Positions 1-10,599 of a DNA stretch of 64,000 nucleotides are shown here, in pieces. The notes under the pieces were generated by a model, which ran no database searches, was not told the DNA's origin, and was given only the letters and a program-made list of their open reading frames with translations. This DNA is from Promethearchaeia archaeon (GTDB taxonomy: Archaea > Asgardarchaeota > Lokiarchaeia > Sigyniarchaeales > SOKP01), in the NCBI GenBank assembly GCA_029856045.1, contig JAHQWG010000012.1, positions 32,001-96,000 of the forward strand, in the 5' to 3' direction. How positions within the stretch are numbered: the stretch's first letter is position 1; each line of letters starts with the position of its first letter. Position numbers and translations under genes: made by a program.

Positions 1-213
1 AAATAATTTAATAAAGTATTGGTTATTAGATGGCTGAATCATTAATACTTTAAAGTTTATTTACCTTGTATAGGAATATGCAATATTTTATAATTATTTT
101 TAATTTGTAGAAATTAATGTTTTTTATTCAGCGCTAAAAACGGTTTAATATTTAAGGTATTTTTTATTAATCATAAAATTAATAATTATCTCCTTATTAT
201 ATTTAATAATACT

Positions 214-705
214 ATGGCACAAGAAACTATAATAAAGCAAAATACTTTCAAAGAGATTATTAGAATACTACGTACTAATATAGATGGTACATTGCTGGTC
301 CAACATGGGTTAGCGAGAATTAAAGGTGTTGGACAAAGACTTTCTCAAGCAATCTTAAGAATTGCAAATATTGATCCAACAATAAGAATAGGATTGATTT
401 CTGAAAAAGATATTAAAAGAATCGAAGAAATAATTGAGGATCCCATAAAAAATGGGATTCCAAATTGGATGGTTAATAGACAGAAAGATTTAAGAACTGG
501 TGAGTACCTACATATAACCGGTCCTCGTTTAGAATTAACTGTTAAAAGAGATATTGAAAGAATGCGAAGACTTAGATCTTGGAAAGGCTATAGGCATGGG
601 TTCGGTCTGAAGGTTAGAGGACAAAAAACTCGCTCAACTGGTCGTAAAGGATTAGTTGTGGGTGTAATCAGGAAGAAGATTCTAAGACAAATGGAAAAGA
701 AATAA
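214..705 (+). CDS. rps13: 30S ribosomal protein uS13 (archaeal type)
   Basis: IKGVG motif, WMVNRQKD, SWKGYRHGFGLKVRGQKTRSTGR. Confidence 0.97.
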   Translation: MAQETIIKQNTFKEIIRILRTNIDGTLLVQHGLARIKGVGQRLSQAILRIANIDPTIRIGLISEKDIKRIEEIIEDPIKNGIPNWMVNRQKDLRTGEYLHITGPRLELTVKRDIERMRRLRSWKGYRHGFGLKVRGQKTRSTGRKGLVVGVIRKKILRQMEKK

Positions 706-725
706 TAATACTAAAGTGAAGATGA

Positions 726-1238
726 ATGGGAGATCCAAGAAGATTAAAGAAGAAATATAAAAAACCAAGTCACCCCTTCCAGAAACAGAGAATTGAAGAA
801 GAATTAAGATATTTGGGAGAATATGGACTCCGAAATAAAAGAGAATTTTGGAAACATCGAACACAATTAGGGAATTATAGAAGAACTGCCAGAAAAATAA
901 GAACTTTACCACCAGAAAGACAAAAAAAAGAATTAAGGGTTTTAATGGATAAACTGATTCGTTTAGGGATTATCGAGAAAAATGCTGAATTTGAAGATGT
1001 ATTATTTGTAACTGTTGATGATATTTTAAACAGAAGACTTCAAACTTTAGTATTTAAAAAGGGTTTTGCTAATTCTATTTATCAAAGTAGGCAGTTTATT
1101 ATACATCGGCATATTGAAGTCAATGGCAAAAGAATTGATTCACCTTCATATCTTGTTAAAAAAGATGAAGAAGATACACTCAAATTTGTAAGTTCTAGTC
1201 CATTTTATGGAAGAGAAGAACAACCTGTAAGTGATTAG
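726..1238 (+). CDS. rps4: 30S ribosomal protein uS4 (archaeal type)
   Basis: MGDPR..KKY..PSHP, YGLRNKREFW, RRLQTLV, RQFIIHRHI..G. Confidence 0.97.
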   Translation: MGDPRRLKKKYKKPSHPFQKQRIEEELRYLGEYGLRNKREFWKHRTQLGNYRRTARKIRTLPPERQKKELRVLMDKLIRLGIIEKNAEFEDVLFVTVDDILNRRLQTLVFKKGFANSIYQSRQFIIHRHIEVNGKRIDSPSYLVKKDEEDTLKFVSSSPFYGREEQPVSD

Positions 1239-1432
1239 TAAAAATTTTATAATACTTCTAATTTTAAACATTGTACCTATATTTAAATAAATTTAAACTA
1301 CCAAAAAAAAAATAGATTGATTATTAATCTAATTAATCAAAATAACAAAAAATTTAATATTACCATGTTCTTCAAATAATTAATTGTTTTAATTTAGAAC
1401 AATGTTAGTATATTTAATACTTGGTTTTAAGA

Positions 1433-1699
1433 ATGGTAAACGGAACTGTAAAATGGTTTAATAGTCGAAAAGGCTATGGTTTTATTACTTTTGAAGATGA
1501 TGGCGAGGAAAAAGATGTATTTGTACATTATTCCGCGATTTCAGCCGAAGATGATAGATTTAAAACATTAAATGAAGGAGATAAAGTAGAGTTCACTATT
1601 GAAGAGGGACAAAAGGGTCCACAAGCCAGTGATGTAGTTATAACTGAAAAAGCACCTGTGCAACATAGATCGAGAGGAGGATATTCTCGTTCTTTTTAA
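1433..1699 (+). CDS. cspA: Cold-shock domain protein (CspA family) with Arg/Gly-rich tail
   Basis: GTVKWFN, KGYGFI (RNP1), DVFVHYS (RNP2), KGPQA; ATG at 1433 preferred over TTG 1421. Confidence 0.95.
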   Translation: MVNGTVKWFNSRKGYGFITFEDDGEEKDVFVHYSAISAEDDRFKTLNEGDKVEFTIEEGQKGPQASDVVITEKAPVQHRSRGGYSRSF

Positions 1700-1909
1700 A
1701 TAAGAAAGTAATAAAAAGAAAATTAAAAAAAAAATATTAAGTAGAAATTGGGAATTTAATTATTTCTCTAATCTTCTTCTTATTTTTTTATTTTTTCTAT
1801 GTAAAAATGCAAATTATTTTAAATTAAATTAGGATATTAAAAATTATTTAATTTTCAAAAAATTTTCCCTAAATTAATGTAATAAGAAGAAAAAACGATA
1901 TTTTAATTT

Positions 1910-3169
1910 CTATTCCTTTGTAAATAATTCTGCCAAATGAATTACGACTTCAGCAGCTTTTTGTAAAGATAAAGTCGGAATATATTCTTTTTTAGAATGA
2001 AATAATAGGCCCCCAGTAAAGATATTGGGAGTTGGAATACCCATAGCACTTAAATGAGAGCCATCAGTCCCACCTCTAATTAGATGAATATTTACTTCTA
2101 TTCCTGCTAACTCTATTGCCTTCTCAGCTAAATCTATTATTTTATGTTCTTTTTTTAAATAATCATACATATTCTCGTATTGATGTTGAAAGTCTAATCC
2201 AATTTTCAAGCTTGGATAACGAATTTGATATGCATTTTTCAAACTTGTGATATAATCCATCCGCCTTTTGTTGTTCTTTAATTCAAAATCTCTTATAATC
2301 AAAGTTGCGGTTGCTTCTTCTTCTCTTCCTTGTAGATTTGATAAATGATAAAATCCTTCCCTCTCCTCAGTATGTTCGGGGGATTCTGATTCAGGTATTT
2401 CGCTTAAGAATCGGCAAGCTATATGAATTGCGTTAAACATTAAATTTTTAGCATATCCTGGATGAACACTCAATCCTTTAAATTTTATTAAAGCTTTCCA
2501 TGCATCAAAGCATTCACTTTCTAATTCTCCCATCTCAGAACCATCTAATGTATAGCAGATTTTCGGTAATTTTTCAATATTTACTTTTTTTGTTCCTCTT
2601 CCAATTTCCTCATCTGGAAAAAAACAAACTACAATAGGTCCATGTTTTAATTCAGGAAATTTTTTCCAAGCAGCGCATGCTGTCATGATTTCAGCAATAC
2701 CAGCTTTATCATCAGCACCTAATAATGTATCTCCTTGGGATGTAATTATATCAAGTCCAATGTATTTTTCTAATTGCAGAGAATCATTGATGTTTAATTC
2801 CAAATCATTGTCTTGAGAAAATTTTATTGCTGTTCCATTGTAATTTTTATGAATTACAGGTTTTACATCTTTACCACTTACAGCAGGAGAAGTATCTAAA
2901 TGGGCAATAAAACCAACTTTTTTTACATTTTCAAATCCTTGGCTTGGAGGTAAGTTTGCATAAATATATCCAAACTCATCTTGAATAATATTTTCGTAAT
3001 TAAGACTTTTCAATTCTTCTACTAATAATTTACCAAATTCTATTTGCCCTTGAGTAGATGGTATATTTTCTGTATTCTCATCTGATGTAGTCCAATTTTT
3101 TACGTATCTTAGAAATCGCTCCACCGCATTATCTAATAAAAAATTTTGGATTTCTTTAGAAAGAATCAT
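1910..3169 (-). CDS. pepT: Peptidase T (M20B tripeptide aminopeptidase)
   Basis: AHLDT, LLGADDKAG, PDEEIGRG, HPGYAK, IRGGTDG, PNIFTGG..FH. Confidence 0.95.
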   Translation of the reverse strand: MILSKEIQNFLLDNAVERFLRYVKNWTTSDENTENIPSTQGQIEFGKLLVEELKSLNYENIIQDEFGYIYANLPPSQGFENVKKVGFIAHLDTSPAVSGKDVKPVIHKNYNGTAIKFSQDNDLELNINDSLQLEKYIGLDIITSQGDTLLGADDKAGIAEIMTACAAWKKFPELKHGPIVVCFFPDEEIGRGTKKVNIEKLPKICYTLDGSEMGELESECFDAWKALIKFKGLSVHPGYAKNLMFNAIHIACRFLSEIPESESPEHTEEREGFYHLSNLQGREEEATATLIIRDFELKNNKRRMDYITSLKNAYQIRYPSLKIGLDFQHQYENMYDYLKKEHKIIDLAEKAIELAGIEVNIHLIRGGTDGSHLSAMGIPTPNIFTGGLLFHSKKEYIPTLSLQKAAEVVIHLAELFTKE

Positions 3170-3294
3170 AATAACAATAACCCACTTTAATTTTTAAATT
3201 GGTATTTAATATAATAAATTTGAAAAATATGATATTTCCTCATTTAACGAATAAAATTAGAACTTAATTTTTAATTAAAGCGTAGAGAGAATGG

Positions 3295-3696
3295 CTATAC
3301 ACGCCTACCTCTATGCCCTCCTTTTCTTCTACTTCCATCATGGGACTTTGGTGTGACTTCTTCTATTCTGCCTATTCTTAAACCAGACCGTGCCAATGCA
3401 CGAATAGCAGCTTGAGCCCCGGGTCCAGGTGTTTGAGCTTTATGTCCTCCAGGACCACGAACTTTAATATGAACTCCATAAATACCTTTATCCTTTAACC
3501 CTTGGGAAACTCTAAAACCCGATTGCATAGCACTGTAAGGAGAACTCTCCTCCCTTGAAGTTCTAACTACCATCCCTCCTGAACATTTTGCAAATGTCTC
3601 AGCACCTGATAAATCGGTAACTGTAATAATAGTATTGTTATAGGAACTTAATATGTGAGCGATAGCCCATTTTTCTTCTTTCGACTTTTTACTCAT
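3295..3696 (-). CDS. rps11: 30S ribosomal protein uS11
   Basis: [39 protein letters not shown]. Confidence 0.97.
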   Translation of the reverse strand: MSKKSKEEKWAIAHILSSYNNTIITVTDLSGAETFAKCSGGMVVRTSREESSPYSAMQSGFRVSQGLKDKGIYGVHIKVRGPGGHKAQTPGPGAQAAIRALARSGLRIGRIEEVTPKSHDGSRRKGGHRGRRV

Positions 3697-3785
3697 TTAG
3701 AATATCCTTTTTAAATTAATAATAATAGAAATAAAAAAGCAATTTTTTTTAATTTTACGATTTTTAGGATAAAGAATGTTGCAAT

Positions 3786-4502
3786 CTATATTTTTTCTTT
3801 TAATGCTTTTTTTTCAAACATTCTTTTTTTTAATTTAACAATACCTTTATCTTCATCATATTCTAGTAGATGAACATTTGCTAATTCATGTATAGCTCTC
3901 AAAACCATAGCTCCTGATATTCCAGTAGTTGTTTTTATTTCTTCCCTGGACATCTCTTCTTTATCACCGTGAAGTGTCAATAGAATTCGAAAATGGGGTT
4001 GACCCTGCCATATTTCTTCTAATAACACCATATAGATAGACAATAAGGCTTTAATTCTATCAAAATTAAACTCAGATTCTTCTTGTTCTTCAGCTATTTT
4101 TGCAAATTTTTTTAATTCAACTTTTAATTTTTCATATTCATCCAATAATTTCATTTGTTCTTCTGTGAGGGTACCGATTTTTTGATCTCTTTCTTGTTTT
4201 TCTTTTTCTAATTGTTTTGTCTCTTCTTCTAATTTCTTTTTATCTTGTTTTAATTGGATTTTGTCTTGCTCTAATTTTTTTTTTACATATTCTAATTTGG
4301 TTTTTTCTTCTTCTAATTGATCCTTTTCTCCTTCTAATTTTTGTTTATCATTGCTTAATAGAGATTTGTCCTTTTCAAGAGTTATTAATTCATTTTTCGC
4401 TGTTTTCAATACATCTGAAAATTGGGTAAAAATGTTTTTAACGGCTTCAAGAGTTCCATCTATAATATCTATTGTATTTTTTTCTTCTGACATTGAAATC
4501 AA
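3786..4502 (-). CDS. Hypothetical protein: heptad-repeat coiled coil plus probable C-terminal winged helix
   Basis: Regular LExEKxx heptads; C-terminal MSREEIKTTTGISGAMVLRAIHELANVHLLEYDE HTH+wing pattern. Confidence 0.7.
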   Translation of the reverse strand: MISMSEEKNTIDIIDGTLEAVKNIFTQFSDVLKTAKNELITLEKDKSLLSNDKQKLEGEKDQLEEEKTKLEYVKKKLEQDKIQLKQDKKKLEEETKQLEKEKQERDQKIGTLTEEQMKLLDEYEKLKVELKKFAKIAEEQEESEFNFDRIKALLSIYMVLLEEIWQGQPHFRILLTLHGDKEEMSREEIKTTTGISGAMVLRAIHELANVHLLEYDEDKGIVKLKKRMFEKKALKEKI

Positions 4503-4757
4503 ATTATAATTTTCAATTAATTAATATAAAGTTATTTATGGATTTATAAACAGAAAATATTTAGAAAAAATATTAATTTAAATTAATGAGAATAAAATCA
4601 ATAATATTAAAAAACTAAAGACTAATAATAAAAAAAATCCGCTCTAAAGGTAAAAAATAAATATTTATAATATAATTAGATTATTGAGAAAAAAAGTAAT
4701 TTAAATTAGAAATTTTGAAGAATCTATTTATTTTAGTAAGTCCCCCAAGGTGATTCC

Positions 4758-6176
4758 GTGGCTCAAGAAAAATATTATGAAGCACTTAAACAAATAAAAG
4801 ATACATTTATTAAATTATATGAAAAGGAACCAACTCCAGATGATGAAATTGAAGCTAAGGGAGAGCTTTTAAAACTTCTAAGGCAACTTTTAAATAATAT
4901 TTCTGGTTTTGAAGATAAAGAAGTATTAATACAAGATACCTTGAAAATAATTGAAAATTGGGACACACTTGATTTGTGGTTTAAAGAAGTAAATGGACTT
5001 TCTGAAAATATTAAAAAACTCATCGAATATAGGGAAAAATCAGAGATTCAAGAGAAAATAGAAGAATTAATTCAAGAATCTGATGAAGAAACCGAACCCA
5101 CACCAGAATTTGATATTAAAGAAACAATTTCTCAAGTATCTGATGATTTTAAGGGAGAAATTTCAAATTTAAAAAATTATATATCAGATTTAGAAAAAAA
5201 ATTAAGAGAAAAAGATACAGCATTAAAAGGTGGTAAAATAAAACCAAGTACCACATCACAATCTGAATTTCCAGTAACCAAAAAAGGAAAACCAAGATTA
5301 CAACCTCCAAAAGTTATTATCCCTAAAATTGGGGCTCCAATTATACAACGTAAAAAAGAATTAGCTCCTAAGAAGAAAGAAAAGGAAGAAATTATAGAAT
5401 TACAAAAAATAAAAGCTCCAAAAATGGAAATAGCCCCGGTTCCAAATGAGAAACCGAAGATAGGAATTGTATCGCCCAAAAAATCACATTTTACTCCTCT
5501 TCCAAAAAAAGAAATTAAAATTAGTGAAGAATCAGTTATTCAACCCACTGAAAAACCAATTTCAACAAAAAAACCTAAAATTAAACATGTTTCTGCCGAG
5601 GAAATTGAAGTAGTACCGAAAGAAGAAGAGAAATTAAAAGTATTACCGTTTTCAGATACAATATCTAGAACCGAAATAGGTTCAGCTAAAAAAATGAAAG
5701 TGTCTAATGTACCAGAGGGAGAAACAACACCTATTCCAAAAAAACCAAAAATCACTCCAGTTAAATTAGAAGTGACACCTGAAGATCAAATAGAAAAACA
5801 AAAGAGAATAAGTTCTAAAAAATTATATAATGTTTTTTCAAGTGCAGGTAGTGGAGAAACGAAATCTATCCAAAAAGAACAACAGAAAGTTATAGAATCT
5901 ACTCAAGAAACATTGACTTCTAGTAATATTATTGACACACAACAATTACAAGAAGGATCTTTCACGTATAATAAGGATAAATTATATCAAGATTTAATTG
6001 TTCTTGAGGGAAAGAGATTTTCAATCGAAAAAACTCAAAAAGAGTCAGAGTCAAAGTATAAAAAAGGGGAATTAGATGATCTTGCATATAAACGGGAGAT
6101 GGATAAAATAAGAGCTCATATGGGGGAAATTACTTCAAAGATTAATGAGATTAGAAAAGTAATACAAGGATTATAA
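4758..6176 (+). CDS. Hypothetical protein with long Pro/Lys/Glu-rich disordered linker between helical domains
   Basis: 472-aa ORF; GGTGAT SD before GTG; repeated KPKI-like motifs. Confidence 0.75.
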   Translation: MAQEKYYEALKQIKDTFIKLYEKEPTPDDEIEAKGELLKLLRQLLNNISGFEDKEVLIQDTLKIIENWDTLDLWFKEVNGLSENIKKLIEYREKSEIQEKIEELIQESDEETEPTPEFDIKETISQVSDDFKGEISNLKNYISDLEKKLREKDTALKGGKIKPSTTSQSEFPVTKKGKPRLQPPKVIIPKIGAPIIQRKKELAPKKKEKEEIIELQKIKAPKMEIAPVPNEKPKIGIVSPKKSHFTPLPKKEIKISEESVIQPTEKPISTKKPKIKHVSAEEIEVVPKEEEKLKVLPFSDTISRTEIGSAKKMKVSNVPEGETTPIPKKPKITPVKLEVTPEDQIEKQKRISSKKLYNVFSSAGSGETKSIQKEQQKVIESTQETLTSSNIIDTQQLQEGSFTYNKDKLYQDLIVLEGKRFSIEKTQKESESKYKKGELDDLAYKREMDKIRAHMGEITSKINEIRKVIQGL

Positions 6177-6177
6177 A

Positions 6178-6939
6178 TTATTCTTTAATTATTAATTTTG
6201 GAATTTCTTTTATTTTATGTTCAGAAGACTTCATCATTTTTTGAACTTTTACTAATTTATCTTGGTTTATATCGGTTAAATCTTTATTGTGATCTATTCT
6301 ATAGATTATTTCATCCAAATCATCATATGTAAGACCTATTTCTCCTTCATCGGTCTGTCCCTTCCATAAACCAGCTGATGGAGGTTTATTAATGATTGTT
6401 TCAGGGATTTTTAATTTTTTTGCTAATTTTCTTACTTCACATTTATATAAATCACCAATTGGAAGAAAATCAACACCTCCATCCCCATATTTTGTAAAAT
6501 ATCCTATAGCATCTTCAGTTCTATTCCCTGTTCCAACAACTAAATGATTTTCTAATGATTGTCCGATAAAATAGGCAGTTATCATTCTTAATCTTGGTTT
6601 GATATTGGCATTAGAAAGCATATTTCCCTTAATTTCCTTCTCTGTAACTTTAAGGAATTCTAAATAAATGGGAGTTAAATCAAAACGATAATGTTTAACT
6701 TCAAACATATCCAAAACTAGCTTTGCATCTATCTCATCTTGAGGTTGACTTTGACATGGTAAAATTAAAGCTGTTATTTTTTCTTTACCTAGAGCTTTAA
6801 CACATAATGTTAAGATAACGGCACTATCAACTCCTCCACTGACACAAACAATAACACCATCAGCGTTTGCGTTTTTTACATAATCTCGTATCCAATTTTG
6901 AATTTCTTGTATCGTTTTATCGATATTTATTTTTCTCAT
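6178..6939 (-). CDS. nadE: NH3-dependent NAD+ synthetase
   Basis: SGGVDS PP-loop, NIKPRLRM, GYFTKYGDGG, KPPSAGLW.GQTDE; no glutaminase domain. Confidence 0.95.
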   Translation of the reverse strand: MRKINIDKTIQEIQNWIRDYVKNANADGVIVCVSGGVDSAVILTLCVKALGKEKITALILPCQSQPQDEIDAKLVLDMFEVKHYRFDLTPIYLEFLKVTEKEIKGNMLSNANIKPRLRMITAYFIGQSLENHLVVGTGNRTEDAIGYFTKYGDGGVDFLPIGDLYKCEVRKLAKKLKIPETIINKPPSAGLWKGQTDEGEIGLTYDDLDEIIYRIDHNKDLTDINQDKLVKVQKMMKSSEHKIKEIPKLIIKE

Positions 6940-7228
6940 AAACTAATCACTATTTAATTGAAATATAATTAATCCAATGAATGAATTACTATTTAATGAT
7001 TTTTCTAATAAGTCATTCAATTTATTCACAGTTTTTATTCTATATCAATTAAAATTTAATTTTAATTAAAAAATATTTTTTCGATTATATCGATTTTATT
7101 TAGTTAATATTATATTAGTAATTTTTAACAAATATCATAAGAGATTATAAATCAAAACAAATTTAAAATAAAATTTAGATTAAATATTTAAATTAATAAT
7201 TAAAAAATAATTTAATAGCATAAAATTA

Positions 7229-7657
7229 TTGGTGTTAAAAATGGATAACGAGATATTGAAAATTATAGATACTGCATTTGATATCAGAACTCCCTTTATT
7301 GTTTACACAAGTGATTATATTTATGGACTCGTTCCTTTAGATACTGAGGGAAAAAGATGGAAAGAAATTTCTTATATGTTCGAGGGGGAGAAAAACAATT
7401 TGGAAACACGAGAAATGGCAGCGGAACTTTCATTTCAATTCCTCTGCGAAGAGATTGAGAAAGGATTAAGCCACTATGTTGAAGATTTGAATGTTATTAA
7501 AATAAAAGAGTATATTGAATCCATAAAGGATAAATCTGGAGAGGAAAAAATACAAATAATTATTGATGAATTAATTGCTAAATCAACAAACTATTCAGCT
7601 TCAATGCCAATAATTAAATCAAAAGAAGAACTTCAAGTTTTAAAAGATAAAATCTAA
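7229..7657 (+). CDS. Hypothetical protein
   Basis: 142-aa ORF with protein-like composition; likely start ATG 7241. Confidence 0.65.
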   Translation: MVLKMDNEILKIIDTAFDIRTPFIVYTSDYIYGLVPLDTEGKRWKEISYMFEGEKNNLETREMAAELSFQFLCEEIEKGLSHYVEDLNVIKIKEYIESIKDKSGEEKIQIIIDELIAKSTNYSASMPIIKSKEELQVLKDKI

Positions 7658-8124
7658 ATATAAAGATTTTTTCGCTGGGGGTATCTTTTTGAAAATTCTC
7701 CATCTACTTTTCTAGCTAATGATTGGGCTAGATTCTTTTTTTTCTCAGTAATTTTATCTTTTAAAAATTTTCCTTTTTGCTGAGAGAATCTTTCTATTCC
7801 AGAAGTGATTATCGCATTATTTGAAGATACAGGTACAATAAATCCAAATAATCTCAACATTTCATCAGGTGTCAATTTTTTACCTATTTCCTTATTGATC
7901 TCATCATCAAGATGTCGGACTACAGATCCATAAGAAATTGCTGAAAAAGGATTAATTGTTTTTGATTTTAACCAAAAAGTATTTGGAGGTTGTGTTATAA
8001 AGGTTTCTTGATTTCCATATTTATCTCTACAACCAGTAACTTTCCAATCTTCAGGATCTTTATCATATTTTCTCTTAATTTTTTTGATAATCTCCTTAAC
8101 TGGTTTTATTTCATCGTCATCCAT
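7654..8124 (-). CDS. Hypothetical protein
   Basis: 156-aa ORF with ATG start, convergent with the preceding gene. Confidence 0.65.
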   Translation of the reverse strand: MDDDEIKPVKEIIKKIKRKYDKDPEDWKVTGCRDKYGNQETFITQPPNTFWLKSKTINPFSAISYGSVVRHLDDEINKEIGKKLTPDEMLRLFGFIVPVSSNNAIITSGIERFSQQKGKFLKDKITEKKKNLAQSLARKVDGEFSKRYPQRKNLYI

Positions 8125-8226
8125 TACTTATTCCCATAAAATAAAAGTAAAATAAAATATAAAAAGATATATATATTATTTGTAGAATTTGGGTTTATTC
8201 TGCATTAAACGGTTTTCCTTCCACGA

Positions 8227-9501
8227 CTACACGGTTTCCAATTCAATTCCCTTAGTTTCTTTGATATACCGATATATTAATGGGATATTGATTAAAAGTA
8301 GAAGGCTTATAATTAAAAACGATATTCCTAAACCAAAAATCAAATTTAAGACCGAATTTAATAGCAATCCACAAGTAATGCCTATAGCTGAAATTATTGA
8401 TCTCCATCCTGTTCCTGTTCCTCTGATGTCGGTTGGAAGTATTTCAATTGAAACCAAACGATTTACGATTCCTAATCCATAAAATGTTATTGTTGCTAAT
8501 CCTGCACCTATACACGCTGCAATTAATGCTAAATCTGATGATTGAACTCCAATAATGACAATAAAAATTGCTATTGGCGTTAATATAGTATAGATATAAA
8601 ATAATGGCTTTCTTCCTACTTTATCCGCAAAAACACCTGTTATTAAATAACCGCATATCGCAGATACACTCATTATGGTTACAACTATATTTACATCACT
8701 TTCGTCCAAATTTACATTATTGGCTAAAAAACTCTCTCCCATTTGAATAAAGATATAATTTAATCCAGAAATAAATGCCATTATTAAAATTGGAATATAT
8801 TGCCTTCTATATTGTTTATCAAATGGTTTCTTTAAGTTAATAAATGGAGATTGCTTTACAAAATCATCTGATTTTCTCATCTCTTTTAATTCTTTGAACT
8901 TTGATGTTTCTTTAATTCCGATCATTAAAAAGGAAATTGGTATGGCTAGAAATGCAAAAATTGTCATATTTCTCCAAGCAGATACGGGTGATGTTTCAGT
9001 TATGAAAATGGAACGGAATGTAGGAACTAAGATTGCACCTATGCAGCCAACAACGAGGATTAAATTTAAGTATAATCCACGGTGTTCTTTTGGACTTTCT
9101 TCTGAAATGTATATGGTCCATATATCACTTGAAAAAAATACATATAGAAAGAATAAAGAAGATGTATATTGGATTAAATCTGCTGTAAAAAAAATGAATA
9201 AGGACGCAAGTCCCATACCAAGCACCGTAATAAAAAGCATTATTCTCCGTCCTATAAGATCCGCAAGAAATTGATTAATTACAACAAAATACATACCAAT
9301 ACTTGCTACAGCAATAGCTAATGACATAATAGAATCAGCGATTACTTGAGTCTCATGAGCCAAAAATTCATCTTGTACTTTAGAAACAATCACATTTGGG
9401 AAAAGTGTGGTGTATGTATCAAATATCTCAACGAAACTTAAAAAAATAACAAGAAAAATAAGATATCCAAATAATTTTCTTCCAGATTTTTCTTCACTCA
9501 T
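8227..9501 (-). CDS. MFS transporter
   Basis: About 12 hydrophobic segments; ADLIGRR and ADKVGRK motif A, EESPKEHRG, EILPTDIRG, ETKG. Confidence 0.92.
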   Translation of the reverse strand: MSEEKSGRKLFGYLIFLVIFLSFVEIFDTYTTLFPNVIVSKVQDEFLAHETQVIADSIMSLAIAVASIGMYFVVINQFLADLIGRRIMLFITVLGMGLASLFIFFTADLIQYTSSLFFLYVFFSSDIWTIYISEESPKEHRGLYLNLILVVGCIGAILVPTFRSIFITETSPVSAWRNMTIFAFLAIPISFLMIGIKETSKFKELKEMRKSDDFVKQSPFINLKKPFDKQYRRQYIPILIMAFISGLNYIFIQMGESFLANNVNLDESDVNIVVTIMSVSAICGYLITGVFADKVGRKPLFYIYTILTPIAIFIVIIGVQSSDLALIAACIGAGLATITFYGLGIVNRLVSIEILPTDIRGTGTGWRSIISAIGITCGLLLNSVLNLIFGLGISFLIISLLLLINIPLIYRYIKETKGIELETV

Positions 9502-9573
9502 AATATTAAACCTATAAATTATATATTGTATTAAATCAAAAGATATAAATAATTTTCTTATGAAAAAAATTAA

Positions 9574-10341
9574 TTATTCTAATCCTTGACAAAAAGATAC
9601 TACATTTATACCTAAATGTTCATAATAATAACCGCCTTCAAGTATAGCAAATCGCCTTCCCTCACATAATTTCAAAGCATATTCCTTCATCAATTGTCCA
9701 AGTGTATTATAATCGTCTGTGGTTAATTTCCCACCCCAATCTAACTCATACTCATCAAAACCGGCACTGGCGGCAATGATATCAATATTACTTAATGATT
9801 CAAAAGTTTCTTCTACTTCCTTAATATAATTTGCTCGTCCGCTAGATCTTGGATTTAAGATTTGAACCTTTGAATTTTGCCCAATAATGTTAATATTTCC
9901 ATCTCCTGTGTGTAAATCAAAATCCAAGATGAAAGCACTTTCTATTTTTTTCTCTGCAATCAATTTTAATAATGCGATACTCATATTATTAAAAAAACAG
10001 AAACCCCAACATGAATCTGCAGATGCATGATGACCCGGGGGTCTAATCACACCAAATGCAGCTTCTTTATTATTATAAGCAATTTCTGCGGTTTTAATCG
10101 CACCACCAGCTGCAAGACTGGCGATATAATGTAAGTTTTTGTCGCTCTTGATATGTTTTACATGTCTTTCAGTGTGAGCTCTTAGAATATCTTCTTCACT
10201 TGCTGGTTCAGGCTTTATTATCTCATAGTCTGTTTTTTCTTTTATTTCTTTAATAATTGGTATAAACCTGCCCGAAGATGCAGCTGGATCAGATGAGTAT
10301 CCCGCATAATTTACATAATCTTCATGATAAATTATTTTCAT
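9574..10341 (-). CDS. Histone deacetylase family (acetylpolyamine/lysine deacetylase-like) protein, compact form
   Basis: RPPGHHA, GFCFFNN, DFDLHTGDG, SAGFD, LEGGY. Confidence 0.92.
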   Translation of the reverse strand: MKIIYHEDYVNYAGYSSDPAASSGRFIPIIKEIKEKTDYEIIKPEPASEEDILRAHTERHVKHIKSDKNLHYIASLAAGGAIKTAEIAYNNKEAAFGVIRPPGHHASADSCWGFCFFNNMSIALLKLIAEKKIESAFILDFDLHTGDGNINIIGQNSKVQILNPRSSGRANYIKEVEETFESLSNIDIIAASAGFDEYELDWGGKLTTDDYNTLGQLMKEYALKLCEGRRFAILEGGYYYEHLGINVVSFCQGLE

Positions 10342-10599
10342 TTTTTTTTTCAACGATTTGATTTTTTTTTTTATCTTTTAAATTTTTTAAGAATTTTAAA
10401 TAATTACTTATTCGAATATAGGTTATCAATTTTATTAAAATCTATTAATATTATTTAATATTTTTAATAAAATAGAGTATTATATTGGTTCTAAGGTTTT
10501 AAAAAATATTTTTAACTATGATAAATTCTCTAAAAAATGTAAGGCAACTTATTTCCAATATAAAAATTAGCTAAAGTATGATAATTTAAAAAAAATATA

